From NCBI GenBank assembly GCA_016193045.1, contig JACPSW010000059.1:49383-113382 (forward strand): DNA of 64,000 bases, read 5' to 3'. Below, in pieces: positions 38,649 through 47,668 of this stretch. Each line of letters starts with the position of its first letter. The first letter of the stretch is position 1. Under the pieces are notes generated by a model that saw only the letters and a program-made list of their open reading frames with translations, was not told where the DNA came from and made no database searches. Source of the DNA: Candidatus Rokuibacteriota bacterium (GTDB taxonomy: Bacteria; Methylomirabilota; Methylomirabilia; Rokubacteriales; CSP1-6). The translations under genes and the position numbers were made by a program.

Positions 38649-39661
38649 AAGGTCGGCGCGATCGGCACGGGAGCTCCGTTTTTCTCGAGCGATCGCTGAG
38701 CCGCCTCCAAGACCTTGACCACCCGCAATCCGTCTCGTCCGTCGCTGAGCGGTCGCCTCCGCTCACGGACGCAGTCGAGAAAGTGCTGGCATTCCAGCCG
38801 GAGTGGTTCGTCGACCTTGACATGGGGAATGATGATGTCGCCAAAACGGATCGTGATATACTCCGCGAACGTATTGTAGTCGGTCGTGTGCTCGGCGCTC
38901 TTGTCATAGATCCTGAGTTTTTCGGTGCCCTCTAGATCGTCGAACACGACCATCTTCTTGCTGCCCACGATGGTCAGCTTGCGAATCTTATGCGGGTCCA
39001 ACCAGCTGATATGGATGTGCGCCATCGATCGTTGATTGAAATTGAGGGTCACGAAGACGACATCTTCGATCCCCGGCTGAAGATAGGATTGTCCGCGCGC
39101 CGTCACATCCGTTGGATCGAGGCCGAGCAAGTGGAGGATGACGGATATGTCGTGGGGGGCGAAGCTCCACAGCGCGTTCTCGTCCCCACGCACCGTGCCG
39201 AGATTCACCCGCTGGTTATACACGTAATAGATGTCGCCGAGCTCGTTCGAATCGACCATCTGCTTGATGCGGCCTACGACCGGGTGATACAGGAGCAGGT
39301 GACCGACCATGAGGATCCGACGTTCGTCCTCGGCGATCTTGATCAGTTCCTGCGCCTGAATGGCGAAGAGCACGAAAGGCTTCTCAACGTAGACATCCTT
39401 GCCGGCCCTCAAAGCGGCCTTGCAAAGGGCGTAGTGCGTGGACGCGGGGGTGGCGATCACGATGGCGTCGAGGTCCGGGTCCTTCAAGAGGTCCTCGAAA
39501 CGACTGGTGGTGCGGGTTCCCGGCACGAGCCCCCGCATCTGGTCGAGCTTTCGCTGATCGAGATCGCAGATGAACTTGAGCGAACAGTCGGGGATCTGAA
39601 AGTAATTGCGGGCCAGATTCTTCCCCCAACCTCCGACTCCGGCCACGGCGACCTGGACCAT
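38645..39661 (-). CDS. Gfo/Idh/MocA-family oxidoreductase, WbpB/WlbA-like (UDP-GlcNAcA 3-dehydrogenase candidate).
   Basis: Start at MVQVAVAGVGGWGKNLA (39661). The EKP motif (YVEKPFV) is present. It sits in a wbpB/wecB/wbpE/wbpD-like block. Confidence 0.7.
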   Translation of the reverse strand: MVQVAVAGVGGWGKNLARNYFQIPDCSLKFICDLDQRKLDQMRGLVPGTRTTSRFEDLLKDPDLDAIVIATPASTHYALCKAALRAGKDVYVEKPFVLFAIQAQELIKIAEDERRILMVGHLLLYHPVVGRIKQMVDSNELGDIYYVYNQRVNLGTVRGDENALWSFAPHDISVILHLLGLDPTDVTARGQSYLQPGIEDVVFVTLNFNQRSMAHIHISWLDPHKIRKLTIVGSKKMVVFDDLEGTEKLRIYDKSAEHTTDYNTFAEYITIRFGDIIIPHVKVDEPLRLECQHFLDCVRERRRPLSDGRDGLRVVKVLEAAQRSLEKNGAPVPIAPTF

Positions 39662-39683
39662 CGGCTTCTCCCTCGGGCCGTCC

Positions 39684-40850
39684 TCAGAGGAGAGCATGTG
39701 AGGCCCGTTCACGCGGGGCGATGAAGGCCAAGACCGCATCGCGGATCCGGTCGGCCGCGTGGCCGTCGCCGAACGCGGCAGCCGCGGCAGCCGAGAAATC
39801 AGCCTGTCCTGCTGGAGCGCGGGCTTCCCATGCCGATACGGCCGCACGGATCGCCTCGGGTTCGATTCCGGCGAGAATGTTGCCACCCCCCTGGAGCGTT
39901 TCGACCCATTCGGTCTCTTCCCGCAGCGTGATACAGGGGCAGCCCAAGAAGAACGCCTCCTTCTGAAGACCTCCGGAGTCCGTGAGGAGCATCCTGGCAT
40001 GGCCGACGAGGGAGAGGGTGTCGAGGTATCCAGCGGGCGGAATGAGTTGCAGGCGCGGATGCGGTGACCACGCGGGGAACCGGGACTGGAGCACCTTCGC
40101 GGTGCGCGGATGGAGGGGAAAGACGAGCCGGGCCGCCGTTGCCGCGATTTCGTTGAGCGCTGACAGCACCTTCCGGAGTCGCTTCTCGTCGTCGGTGTTT
40201 TCCGCCCGATGGATCGTCACCACCCCGTAGCGGCGAGGCTCCAGGGCCAGTCGATCGAGAATGCTCGACCGCTGCGCGGCCAGCCTACGGTTGAACAGTA
40301 CGGCGTCGTACATGATGTCGCCAGTCAGGACCGCACGCTCGGCGAGCCCCTCCTTTTCCAGATTCGCAATCGCGGTTGGAGTGGGCGCCAGCAGGAGGTC
40401 CGACACGTGGTCCGCGACGACCCGGTTGATTTCCTCCGGCATCCGCCGGTTGAAGCTACGGAGGCCGGCTTCGACGTGAGCGACCGGGATGTGGAGTTTC
40501 GCCGCCGACAGCGTGGCGGCGAGGGTGGAGTTGGTGTCGCCGTACGTCACCACGATGTCGGGGCGACCGTTCAGGAGCGCCCCTTCGATTCTGGCGAGCA
40601 TCTGGTCGGTTTGGCTCCCGTGGCTCCCCGAGCCCACACCGAGATTGAACGTGGCGGGTGGAATCGCGAGCTCGTCGAAGAACACGTCGGACATGCCCGC
40701 ATCGTAGTGCTGACCGGTGTGGACGATGATGTGGTCAATGGGCGGACCGCCACGGCGTGTGAAATGCTCGAAGGAGCGCAAGAGGGGCGCGATCTTGATG
40801 AACTGGGGTCGTGCCCCGACAATGCTGACCAGCTTAATGGCCGTCGTCAT
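39684..40850 (-). CDS. wecB: UDP-N-acetylglucosamine 2-epimerase, non-hydrolysing (WecB/WbpI-like).
   Basis: Full-length WecB pattern is present: VGARPQFIKIAPL, HTGQHYD, and DSGGLQKEA. Confidence 0.9.
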   Translation of the reverse strand: MTTAIKLVSIVGARPQFIKIAPLLRSFEHFTRRGGPPIDHIIVHTGQHYDAGMSDVFFDELAIPPATFNLGVGSGSHGSQTDQMLARIEGALLNGRPDIVVTYGDTNSTLAATLSAAKLHIPVAHVEAGLRSFNRRMPEEINRVVADHVSDLLLAPTPTAIANLEKEGLAERAVLTGDIMYDAVLFNRRLAAQRSSILDRLALEPRRYGVVTIHRAENTDDEKRLRKVLSALNEIAATAARLVFPLHPRTAKVLQSRFPAWSPHPRLQLIPPAGYLDTLSLVGHARMLLTDSGGLQKEAFFLGCPCITLREETEWVETLQGGGNILAGIEPEAIRAAVSAWEARAPAGQADFSAAAAAAFGDGHAADRIRDAVLAFIAPRERASHALL

Positions 40851-42039
40851 AGAACTCCACGACCGTGCTCACGACGTGGCGCTGCTGGTCTGCAGTCAAT
40901 TCGGGATAGATTGGAATCGCGAGGGTCTCCCTGGCGGCGCGAAGGGCCTCGGGGCAGTGCGCGGATCCATAACCGAAATGGGCGAAACACCTCTGGAGGT
41001 GAAGCGGCACAGGGTAGTAGATCTCCGAACCCACTTCCGCCCGTGTGAGGTGGTCTTTGAGGTCGTCCCGCCGCTCCGCCCGGACGACGTACTGGTTGAA
41101 AATGTGGCGACAGCCTTCCATCGCGCGAGGAGTTGAGATGTGATCGCCGACGCCCGCCTTCTGGAAAGCAGTGTGGTAATAGCGCGCGTTCTCCTGGCGA
41201 CGCCTCGTCCACCCGTCTAGATATTTGAGCTTGACGAGCAGGACGGCGGCCTGCAGCTCATCGAGCCGGAAGTTGCCGCCGACGACGAGATGGTGGTACC
41301 TGGGCCTGCTGCCGTGGACTCGTAAGATTTTCAGGCGCTCCGCCAGGGTGGGATCGTTGGTCACGCACATTCCCGCGTCACCGAACGCGCCCAGGTTCTT
41401 GCTAGGAAAGAAGGAGAAGCAGCCGATGTCGCCGATACTGCCGGCCCGACGGCGGCCCGGATATTCCGCGCCGATGGCCTGGGCCGCGTCCTCAACCACC
41501 CTGAGGCCATGCCGTCGTGCCAGCTCCATCAACGCATCCATGGCGGCCATCTGTCCGAAAAGATGGACGGGCATCAGGACCTTGACGACGCCCCCGGTAT
41601 TCCGGTCGATCAGACGGCCGGCCCGCATCTCGCACTGCGTCCCGATGAGATCCTCGACGCCAGCCGGCGAGAGGTTGTACGTCTTCGGATCGATGTCGAC
41701 GAAGAGCGGACGGGCGCCGAGGCGCGCGATCGTGCCCGCGGTGGCGAAGAAGCTGAACGCGGTCGTGATGACCCCGTCGCCGGGTCCGACCTCAAGCGCC
41801 ATGAGCGCCGCCAGGAGGGCATCGGTCCCCGATGAGACGCCGACGCCGTACCTGCACCCAGAGTACTCCGCGATACGTTCCTCGAGTTCAGTCACGCGTG
41901 GGCCGAGAATGAACTGCTGTCGCGCGCATACTTCGCGGAGAGCCTCCATGATCTCGGGCTCGATCGCACCATACTGAGCCTGAAGGTCGAGGAGGGGCAC
42001 CGCCAACCGGCGTATCGGTTCTCTCGTCAGGAGCTTCAC
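40834..42039 (-). CDS. DegT/DnrJ/EryC1/StrS-family PLP-dependent sugar aminotransferase (WbpE-like).
   Basis: GTG start at VKLLTREPIRRLAVPLLDLQAQY (42039). The PLP Lys region FSFFPSKNLGAFGDAG is present. Confidence 0.85.
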   Translation of the reverse strand: MKLLTREPIRRLAVPLLDLQAQYGAIEPEIMEALREVCARQQFILGPRVTELEERIAEYSGCRYGVGVSSGTDALLAALMALEVGPGDGVITTAFSFFATAGTIARLGARPLFVDIDPKTYNLSPAGVEDLIGTQCEMRAGRLIDRNTGGVVKVLMPVHLFGQMAAMDALMELARRHGLRVVEDAAQAIGAEYPGRRRAGSIGDIGCFSFFPSKNLGAFGDAGMCVTNDPTLAERLKILRVHGSRPRYHHLVVGGNFRLDELQAAVLLVKLKYLDGWTRRRQENARYYHTAFQKAGVGDHISTPRAMEGCRHIFNQYVVRAERRDDLKDHLTRAEVGSEIYYPVPLHLQRCFAHFGYGSAHCPEALRAARETLAIPIYPELTADQQRHVVSTVVEFYDDGH

Positions 42040-42047
42040 CCGTTCTC

Positions 42048-42650
42048 TCACGTTGGGACGACTTCGGAGACAGTGAGGCCCTTCTTCCGATAGCTGCGAC
42101 GGCAGGCGGCGCAACTCGTCGTCTCGTCCCCATCGTTCGCGATCCCCAGTCCGAGCTTGACACCGCAGGAGCACATCCACCCCCGCAACCGGGCCGGGTT
42201 GCCGTAGACCATCGCGTAGTCCGGAACATCCCGCGTGACGACCGCCCCGGCACCGACGAAGGAATAGCGCCCCAGCGTGGCGCCGCAGATCAGCGTCGCA
42301 TTGGCGCCGATCGTGGCGCCCCGCCGGACGAGCGTGGGCTGGTATTCGTTCTTCCGAGGCACGTGGCTGCGCGGGTTTTCCACGTTGGTGAACACCGACG
42401 ACGGCCCGCAGAACACGTCGTCCTCGAGGATGACTCTCTCGTACACCGAGACATTGTTCTGGATCTTGACGTTGTTACCGATGACGCAGCCCGACCCCAC
42501 GAACACGTTCTGACCGAGGCTGCAGTGTTCGCCGATGACTGCGCCCGTCATGATGTGGCAGAAATGCCAGATCTTCGTGCCCTTCCCGACCGAACAGGGC
42601 TCATCGATGAGCGCCGAGTCGTGGGCAAAATAGCCGCTGCCTTCCTTCAT
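42048..42650 (-). CDS. Hexapeptide-repeat N-acyltransferase, WbpD/WlbB-like, with an unusual C-terminal Cys cluster.
   Basis: Start at [17 protein letters not shown]. Left-handed beta-helix repeats are present. The C-terminal tail (WMCSCG...CAACRR) adds four Cys residues not typical of WbpD. Confidence 0.7.
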   Translation of the reverse strand: MKEGSGYFAHDSALIDEPCSVGKGTKIWHFCHIMTGAVIGEHCSLGQNVFVGSGCVIGNNVKIQNNVSVYERVILEDDVFCGPSSVFTNVENPRSHVPRKNEYQPTLVRRGATIGANATLICGATLGRYSFVGAGAVVTRDVPDYAMVYGNPARLRGWMCSCGVKLGLGIANDGDETTSCAACRRSYRKKGLTVSEVVPT

Positions 42651-44023
42651 TGGATGACGACCTTCGATCCGCGAAGTCGCTCCTGGCACGCCGCCGGCGA
42701 CCCAGCCGAGACCTCACGGTCTTCGAGTCGATTACCGTAATCCCTGAGGAATTCGTCGACCGCCCGCGCGACTTCGTTGTTGTTGAGGGTGGCGTTGACG
42801 AACTGGGCCGTGTTGAGCACAAAGAAGTCTTCATGCCGGGTGGTGACTCGAGGGATGAGGCTGGAGTAATTCAGGACCTGAAGGGGCTGCACCTTGAAGG
42901 CGCGGTTGATGTGGAGGCCCTGGATGTCGTCGGCGGTGAGGCCGGGGAACATCAGCCGCAGTCCATCAGAGAATACCCGGCGGAGCTGGTCATCGGTCCG
43001 GCGCAAGAAGGGATCACCGGACAGCACGTACTTGGGCAGGTACGTGAGGTGATAGCCCCCAAGCTCTTGCGGCGAGACGAGGTTGCTCATGCCGATGACA
43101 CCGGTGAACGGGATCCGGCCGTCCGCAATGTTGACGACGTAATACGGGACGAGCGGCTTCCGGGTGACGAGGACCGCGCAGACGACGCCCAGATACTCGA
43201 CGCCGCCCTCCCCGTTGGCGACTCTGACGAGTTCGCCTCCGGCGACCTCCTGGAGGACGTTGACGGGGCTCGTGAAGATGACCTTGTCGAAGGCCTCGCG
43301 TTCCTGATCGTGGGAGACCCACAGACCCCCCTTGGGACGAGGATCGATATGCTTCACAGCGACCCCCATTCGGATGTCGCCTCCGGCGGACCGGATAAGC
43401 TTCTCGAGCCGCTCGAACACCGCCTTGTAGCCGCCGGAGATATGACCGAGATGCTCGCGTTTGGCGGCGGCGTCGCGCGCGGAGAAGAGACGCTTGATGT
43501 AGGACCAGATAAAGACGGCCGAGACCCGGCGATAGCTGTCTCCCAACTTCGCCAACAGCAGAGGCTTCCAGAGCTTCTCGTAGGTGGCTCTGCCACAAGT
43601 GTGGATGAGCCACTCTTCGACAGGAATCCTCTCAAGGCGCTGCCAGTCACGAATGCGTGCGCAGTATAAGATGGTCAAGGCCAGGCGGATTTTGCCCCAG
43701 AGACCGACAAGGGGGAACCGCAGGAATTCCAGGTTGGAGCTGATGGAGTAGAACCGCCGGTCCACGTAGAACCCCGTCAAGGTTCTTGTCCAGCGCAGTT
43801 GATCCCCGAGACCGACCTCATTGAGAAAACGGATCAGATGAGTGTCGGAGGGCAGGATGCAATGGTAGAAGCGATCCCAGAAGAACGGGCCGTAGTCGTG
43901 GTACGTGGCCAGGCCGCCGACCTGGTTATCACGTTCAAACACGGTGACGGCATGCCCCCGGCGGGCGAGACGATATGCGAGCGCCATCCCCATGAAGCCG
44001 CCGCCGATGATTCCGATTTTCAC
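42647..44023 (-). CDS. FAD/NAD(P)-binding oxidoreductase, amine-oxidase/protoporphyrinogen-oxidase-like.
   Basis: GTG start at [30 protein letters not shown] (a dinucleotide-binding beta-alpha-beta with GxGxxG and an acidic end). 458 aa. Confidence 0.7.
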   Translation of the reverse strand: MKIGIIGGGFMGMALAYRLARRGHAVTVFERDNQVGGLATYHDYGPFFWDRFYHCILPSDTHLIRFLNEVGLGDQLRWTRTLTGFYVDRRFYSISSNLEFLRFPLVGLWGKIRLALTILYCARIRDWQRLERIPVEEWLIHTCGRATYEKLWKPLLLAKLGDSYRRVSAVFIWSYIKRLFSARDAAAKREHLGHISGGYKAVFERLEKLIRSAGGDIRMGVAVKHIDPRPKGGLWVSHDQEREAFDKVIFTSPVNVLQEVAGGELVRVANGEGGVEYLGVVCAVLVTRKPLVPYYVVNIADGRIPFTGVIGMSNLVSPQELGGYHLTYLPKYVLSGDPFLRRTDDQLRRVFSDGLRLMFPGLTADDIQGLHINRAFKVQPLQVLNYSSLIPRVTTRHEDFFVLNTAQFVNATLNNNEVARAVDEFLRDYGNRLEDREVSAGSPAACQERLRGSKVVIQ

Positions 44024-45045
44024 GAGTTCGACGCTTCCCCGTTCGGGGACGTGGTGTGGCGGCGCGTGACCGTGCGCTGCCATTCGATGGTCCGGGCCAG
44101 ACCCTCCTCCAGCCCCACCGTCGCTTTCACCCCCAGAATCCGCTCGCAGCGGGAGACGTCGGGGACGCGGCGTCGGACGTCCTCGTAGCTTCTTCCCGTG
44201 AACGACTCGTACGGCACGAACCGGAGTTTGAGGTCCGCGGGAGTGTTGCACAGGCGCTTGACGATTCTGGCCAGGTCGAGAATGGTGATCTCATGGGAAC
44301 TGCCGATGTTGAAGATTTCGCCGTTCGCCTCGGCCGTCACCATCGACGCGTATATGCCCTCAACGGTGTCGCTCACATACGTGAAGCTTCTCGTCTGGAG
44401 CCCGTCGCCATGAATCGGGATCTCGCGACCATTCAGCACGGCTTCGATGAAGACGGCCTGCGGGCCGCCCCACCAGCTGAGGTGCTGGCGGGGTCCATAG
44501 GAGCCGAAAAACCGGAGGACGGTGATCGGCAGACCGAAGCTCTCCTGGTAGGCGAAGGCGAGGTGCTCGTCGAACAACTTGGACACTGCATAACTCCATC
44601 GGGCGACTTTGGAGGAGCCGATCACGCACTCATCATCCTCCGCGAAGGGGACCCTCCCGTTGCGCCCGTACACGTCGGAGGTGGAGGCCAGCACCAACTT
44701 GGCGCGATTCTGCCTGGCGAATTCGAGAACATTCTCGGTACCCCTGGAGTTGATCCTCAACGTCTTCAGGGCATCCCCGTAGCGGGGAATCTTGAACGCG
44801 GCCAGGTGGACCACGCAGTCGAACTCCTTCGGCAGATCACCAAAGACCGATGCCTCCGTGACGTCCCTCTCAAGGAAGCGAAACGCAGCGCTATTCAAGT
44901 GCGCGGCGATATTCTCGAGCTTGCCCATCGAGAGATTGTCAATGCCAACCACTACATGACCAGCCGCCAGCAACTTGTCGAGCAGGTGAGATCCCAGAAA
45001 CCCTGCGGCGCCCGTGAGCAGGATCCTGTCGGGCGGATTCCTCAT
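44020..45045 (-). CDS. NAD-dependent nucleotide-sugar epimerase/dehydratase (an extended SDR).
   Basis: Start at [27 protein letters not shown] catalytic YxxxK is present. Confidence 0.85.
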   Translation of the reverse strand: MRNPPDRILLTGAAGFLGSHLLDKLLAAGHVVVGIDNLSMGKLENIAAHLNSAAFRFLERDVTEASVFGDLPKEFDCVVHLAAFKIPRYGDALKTLRINSRGTENVLEFARQNRAKLVLASTSDVYGRNGRVPFAEDDECVIGSSKVARWSYAVSKLFDEHLAFAYQESFGLPITVLRFFGSYGPRQHLSWWGGPQAVFIEAVLNGREIPIHGDGLQTRSFTYVSDTVEGIYASMVTAEANGEIFNIGSSHEITILDLARIVKRLCNTPADLKLRFVPYESFTGRSYEDVRRRVPDVSRCERILGVKATVGLEEGLARTIEWQRTVTRRHTTSPNGEASNS

Positions 45046-46220
45046 GGTCTGGCGCTCCCGTCGTCCCGGGTCGTTCGGTAGATGGTGCTGCCGAGGTGGA
45101 AGATCTCCTCGAAGTAGCGCTTGCTCTGCAGCGCCAGGATGCCCAGGCTGATGAACTGGATCGCGAGCGTCAGACTCATGAGGCCGACGAAGAAGGTGTG
45201 GGGCGCCTGATGATAGGCGGTGGCCACCGCCGCCGAAGCCCGGGAAAAGAACCACGTGTACTGGGGAAACTTCTGATACTCAGCAAGGAAGTGGACGAGC
45301 ATCCAGGCATTGACGTAGAGGGAAAAGAGGAGCAGCACGAAGCCGGGGATGATGAAGAACATGAACGGCTTGAAGAGGAAACCGGATAACAGGGTGGACA
45401 TGGTGTGCCGGAGGACCTTCATGCTCGACTTGCGCCTCGGGCCGGCGGCGTTCTGGAGGCGCCAGTCCAGGTCGGCGGGAATCTCCTCGATCCGGGCGCG
45501 CAGCAGCATGGCCTTGTAGATCACCTCGGGGTTGATGTCCATACCCATGGACCGCAGGTTGAGCGCCCGTACGAATTTCGCGTCGTACACTCGGACCATG
45601 CTGGTCAGCGTCGACAGGCCGCCCTTGGCGGTGGCTGACAGAAAGCGATTGGCGCAGACACTCAACGTCCGTCGCAGCCAGGGGACGTTCGAGATGTAAC
45701 CGCCCTTCATGTAGGGGGATGCCACCACGACCTTGGCCCTCGTCTCCCTGATCCTGGTCAGCAGCCGGCGGATGTGATCGGCCGAGTAGCTCAGGTCCAC
45801 GTCCATCGTGACGATGTACTCGCCCCGGCAGTGGTTGAAGGCGAACTTGAGCGCCTGGCCGAGGCCGAAGTTGATCGCGTGGTGGAGGACGCGGATGTTG
45901 TCCCGCGTCCTGGCGAAGGCCTCCACCAGGCTGCCGGTATCGTCGCTGCTGCCGTCGTTGATGACGACGACCTCCCAGTTGTACTCGTCCTCGAGGGACT
46001 CCATGTACCGGCAGAGCACCGCCAGGTTGGCCTCGACGATGGCCGCCTCGTTGTAGGCCGGCACGACCACCGAGACGAGGGGCTTGGGCGCCGGCCGCTC
46101 TGCCGCGCCGTTGCCCCGTCCAACAAACGTGGATGCAGCTTCCGTCTGCGCGGACAGACCCATCACGCTCACCTCCCCAACATTCGATCCCATGTCCTCT
46201 TCTCCCCAGGGAAAGGGCAT
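45042..46220 (-). CDS. GT2-family polyprenyl-phosphate glycosyltransferase (DPM1/GtrB/ArnC-like) with C-terminal transmembrane helices.
   Basis: Motifs VSVVVPAYNEA, DGSSD, and DVDL (DxD) are present. C-terminal hydrophobic helices match ArnC/GtrB-type enzymes. The exact start is uncertain (alternative Met residues at +10 and +20). Confidence 0.75.
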   Translation of the reverse strand: MPFPWGEEDMGSNVGEVSVMGLSAQTEAASTFVGRGNGAAERPAPKPLVSVVVPAYNEAAIVEANLAVLCRYMESLEDEYNWEVVVINDGSSDDTGSLVEAFARTRDNIRVLHHAINFGLGQALKFAFNHCRGEYIVTMDVDLSYSADHIRRLLTRIRETRAKVVVASPYMKGGYISNVPWLRRTLSVCANRFLSATAKGGLSTLTSMVRVYDAKFVRALNLRSMGMDINPEVIYKAMLLRARIEEIPADLDWRLQNAAGPRRKSSMKVLRHTMSTLLSGFLFKPFMFFIIPGFVLLLFSLYVNAWMLVHFLAEYQKFPQYTWFFSRASAAVATAYHQAPHTFFVGLMSLTLAIQFISLGILALQSKRYFEEIFHLGSTIYRTTRDDGSARP

Positions 46221-46239
46221 CCCCTCTGCACCAGCTCCG

Positions 46240-47559
46240 TCACGCCGTTCGTCGATGGGCAGGATCTTCGGCTTCTACCCGCGCATCACCGACGCGAACA
46301 TCTCGACGATCCCGTGGCTCGCGCGAGGCGGCCGGGCCGCCCGGGCGGCCGGCGCGAGCGACGGCGAGAAGCAGCCCCGGACTCGGGACCTCGCCCGTAC
46401 GCGGCGTCGTGTTCCAGAGGGGGCGCGCCAGGCCCAGGGCGCCGCGCGCGAACCCAAGCAGGAGCCCAGTGTTCAACGCGAGAAAGTACCGTACCGCGGA
46501 GGCCACCAACGCGAGAACCCGGACGAACCCGGCCCCCAGCCCGAGCCCGTAGAAGGCGAGCTGGCCGATGAAGAGCCACCGGAAAAAGGGCGTGCCGAGA
46601 AGCCAGAGATTCGCCCCGAAGGCAATGAGCAGAAGCCAAGGCCCGAACCATCGAAGAACCTTGTGTGAGAAGTAGGTAAGCGCCACCATTCCCTTCCACG
46701 GAAGCAGGAGCTGCCACGTCCAGAGCAGGGCCTGAAGATCACCCGCTCCGATCCGCGCCCGTCGGCGAAACTCGTCCCGGACCTGCTGAGGCGAGGTCTC
46801 CCAGGCTCGGGCTTCCGGTACGAAAAACACACCACCGCCCGAGCGCACCCGCATCAGCATCGGAATCAGGAAGTCGTCGACGATCGCTCGGGTGGGAAGC
46901 GGCTGATATCGCTTGCGACGAAACGCGTAGATGGCGCCGTTCGCCCCCAAAACGCAGCCGAAATGCGACTCGAGGGTTTTCATCCACGTTTCGTACCGCC
47001 AGTAGGGGCCGTCGAGGTTCCCAGCCGCCACTGACGACCGCAGCTCCAGTCGTCCCACGACCGCACACGCCGACGGATAGCGCCAGAGCGCGTCGACCAG
47101 CTTCCGGACGGCGTCGGGAAGAAAGAAGGTGTTGGCGTCGGTGCAGACGATGATCTCACCCCGCGCCTGGGCGACGAGGTCGTTCAAGACGCTCGCCTTC
47201 CCTCTTCTCGGCTCGAAGGCAATGAGGCGAACGCCCGGGGCGGCGCACCCGGCGATCACCTCGCACGTTCGATCCGTGGAGCCGTCGGACCCGACGAGGA
47301 TCTCGAGATGTTCCACGGGGTAGTCAAGCTCGAGGAAGTTTCTCACGCGGTCGCCGATGACGTGCTCCTCGTTGTACGCCGAGAGCACGATGCTGACGTC
47401 TGGCCACGCCGGCCTCGGACCGCCGGGGCCGCCACCGGCGGAGGGGATGAGCCGGCTCAGCACCCAGAGGCATCCCGGGTAGATCCCATAGGCGTAGACC
47501 AACAACCCCACCGAGGCGACCAGGAGCCATCCGGCGAGAATCTCACCGTCCGCCATCAC
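46240..47559 (-). CDS. GT2-family membrane glycosyltransferase (processive/CsbB-like).
   Basis: An N-terminal transmembrane helix is present. Motifs VSIVLSAYNE, DGSTD and TDAN are present, followed by C-terminal transmembrane helices. Confidence 0.8.
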   Translation of the reverse strand: MMADGEILAGWLLVASVGLLVYAYGIYPGCLWVLSRLIPSAGGGPGGPRPAWPDVSIVLSAYNEEHVIGDRVRNFLELDYPVEHLEILVGSDGSTDRTCEVIAGCAAPGVRLIAFEPRRGKASVLNDLVAQARGEIIVCTDANTFFLPDAVRKLVDALWRYPSACAVVGRLELRSSVAAGNLDGPYWRYETWMKTLESHFGCVLGANGAIYAFRRKRYQPLPTRAIVDDFLIPMLMRVRSGGGVFFVPEARAWETSPQQVRDEFRRRARIGAGDLQALLWTWQLLLPWKGMVALTYFSHKVLRWFGPWLLLIAFGANLWLLGTPFFRWLFIGQLAFYGLGLGAGFVRVLALVASAVRYFLALNTGLLLGFARGALGLARPLWNTTPRTGEVPSPGLLLAVARAGRPGGPAASREPRDRRDVRVGDARVEAEDPAHRRTA

Positions 47560-47668
47560 GCGCTCCGCTTGGTCAGCAGGGACCAGGCGGTCTGGACCAG
47601 GACAGCGCCAACGCCGCAGAGCGGGAGGTCCTCCACCTTCGCCTCACCGCGTTGCGAGAGAAACTGTT

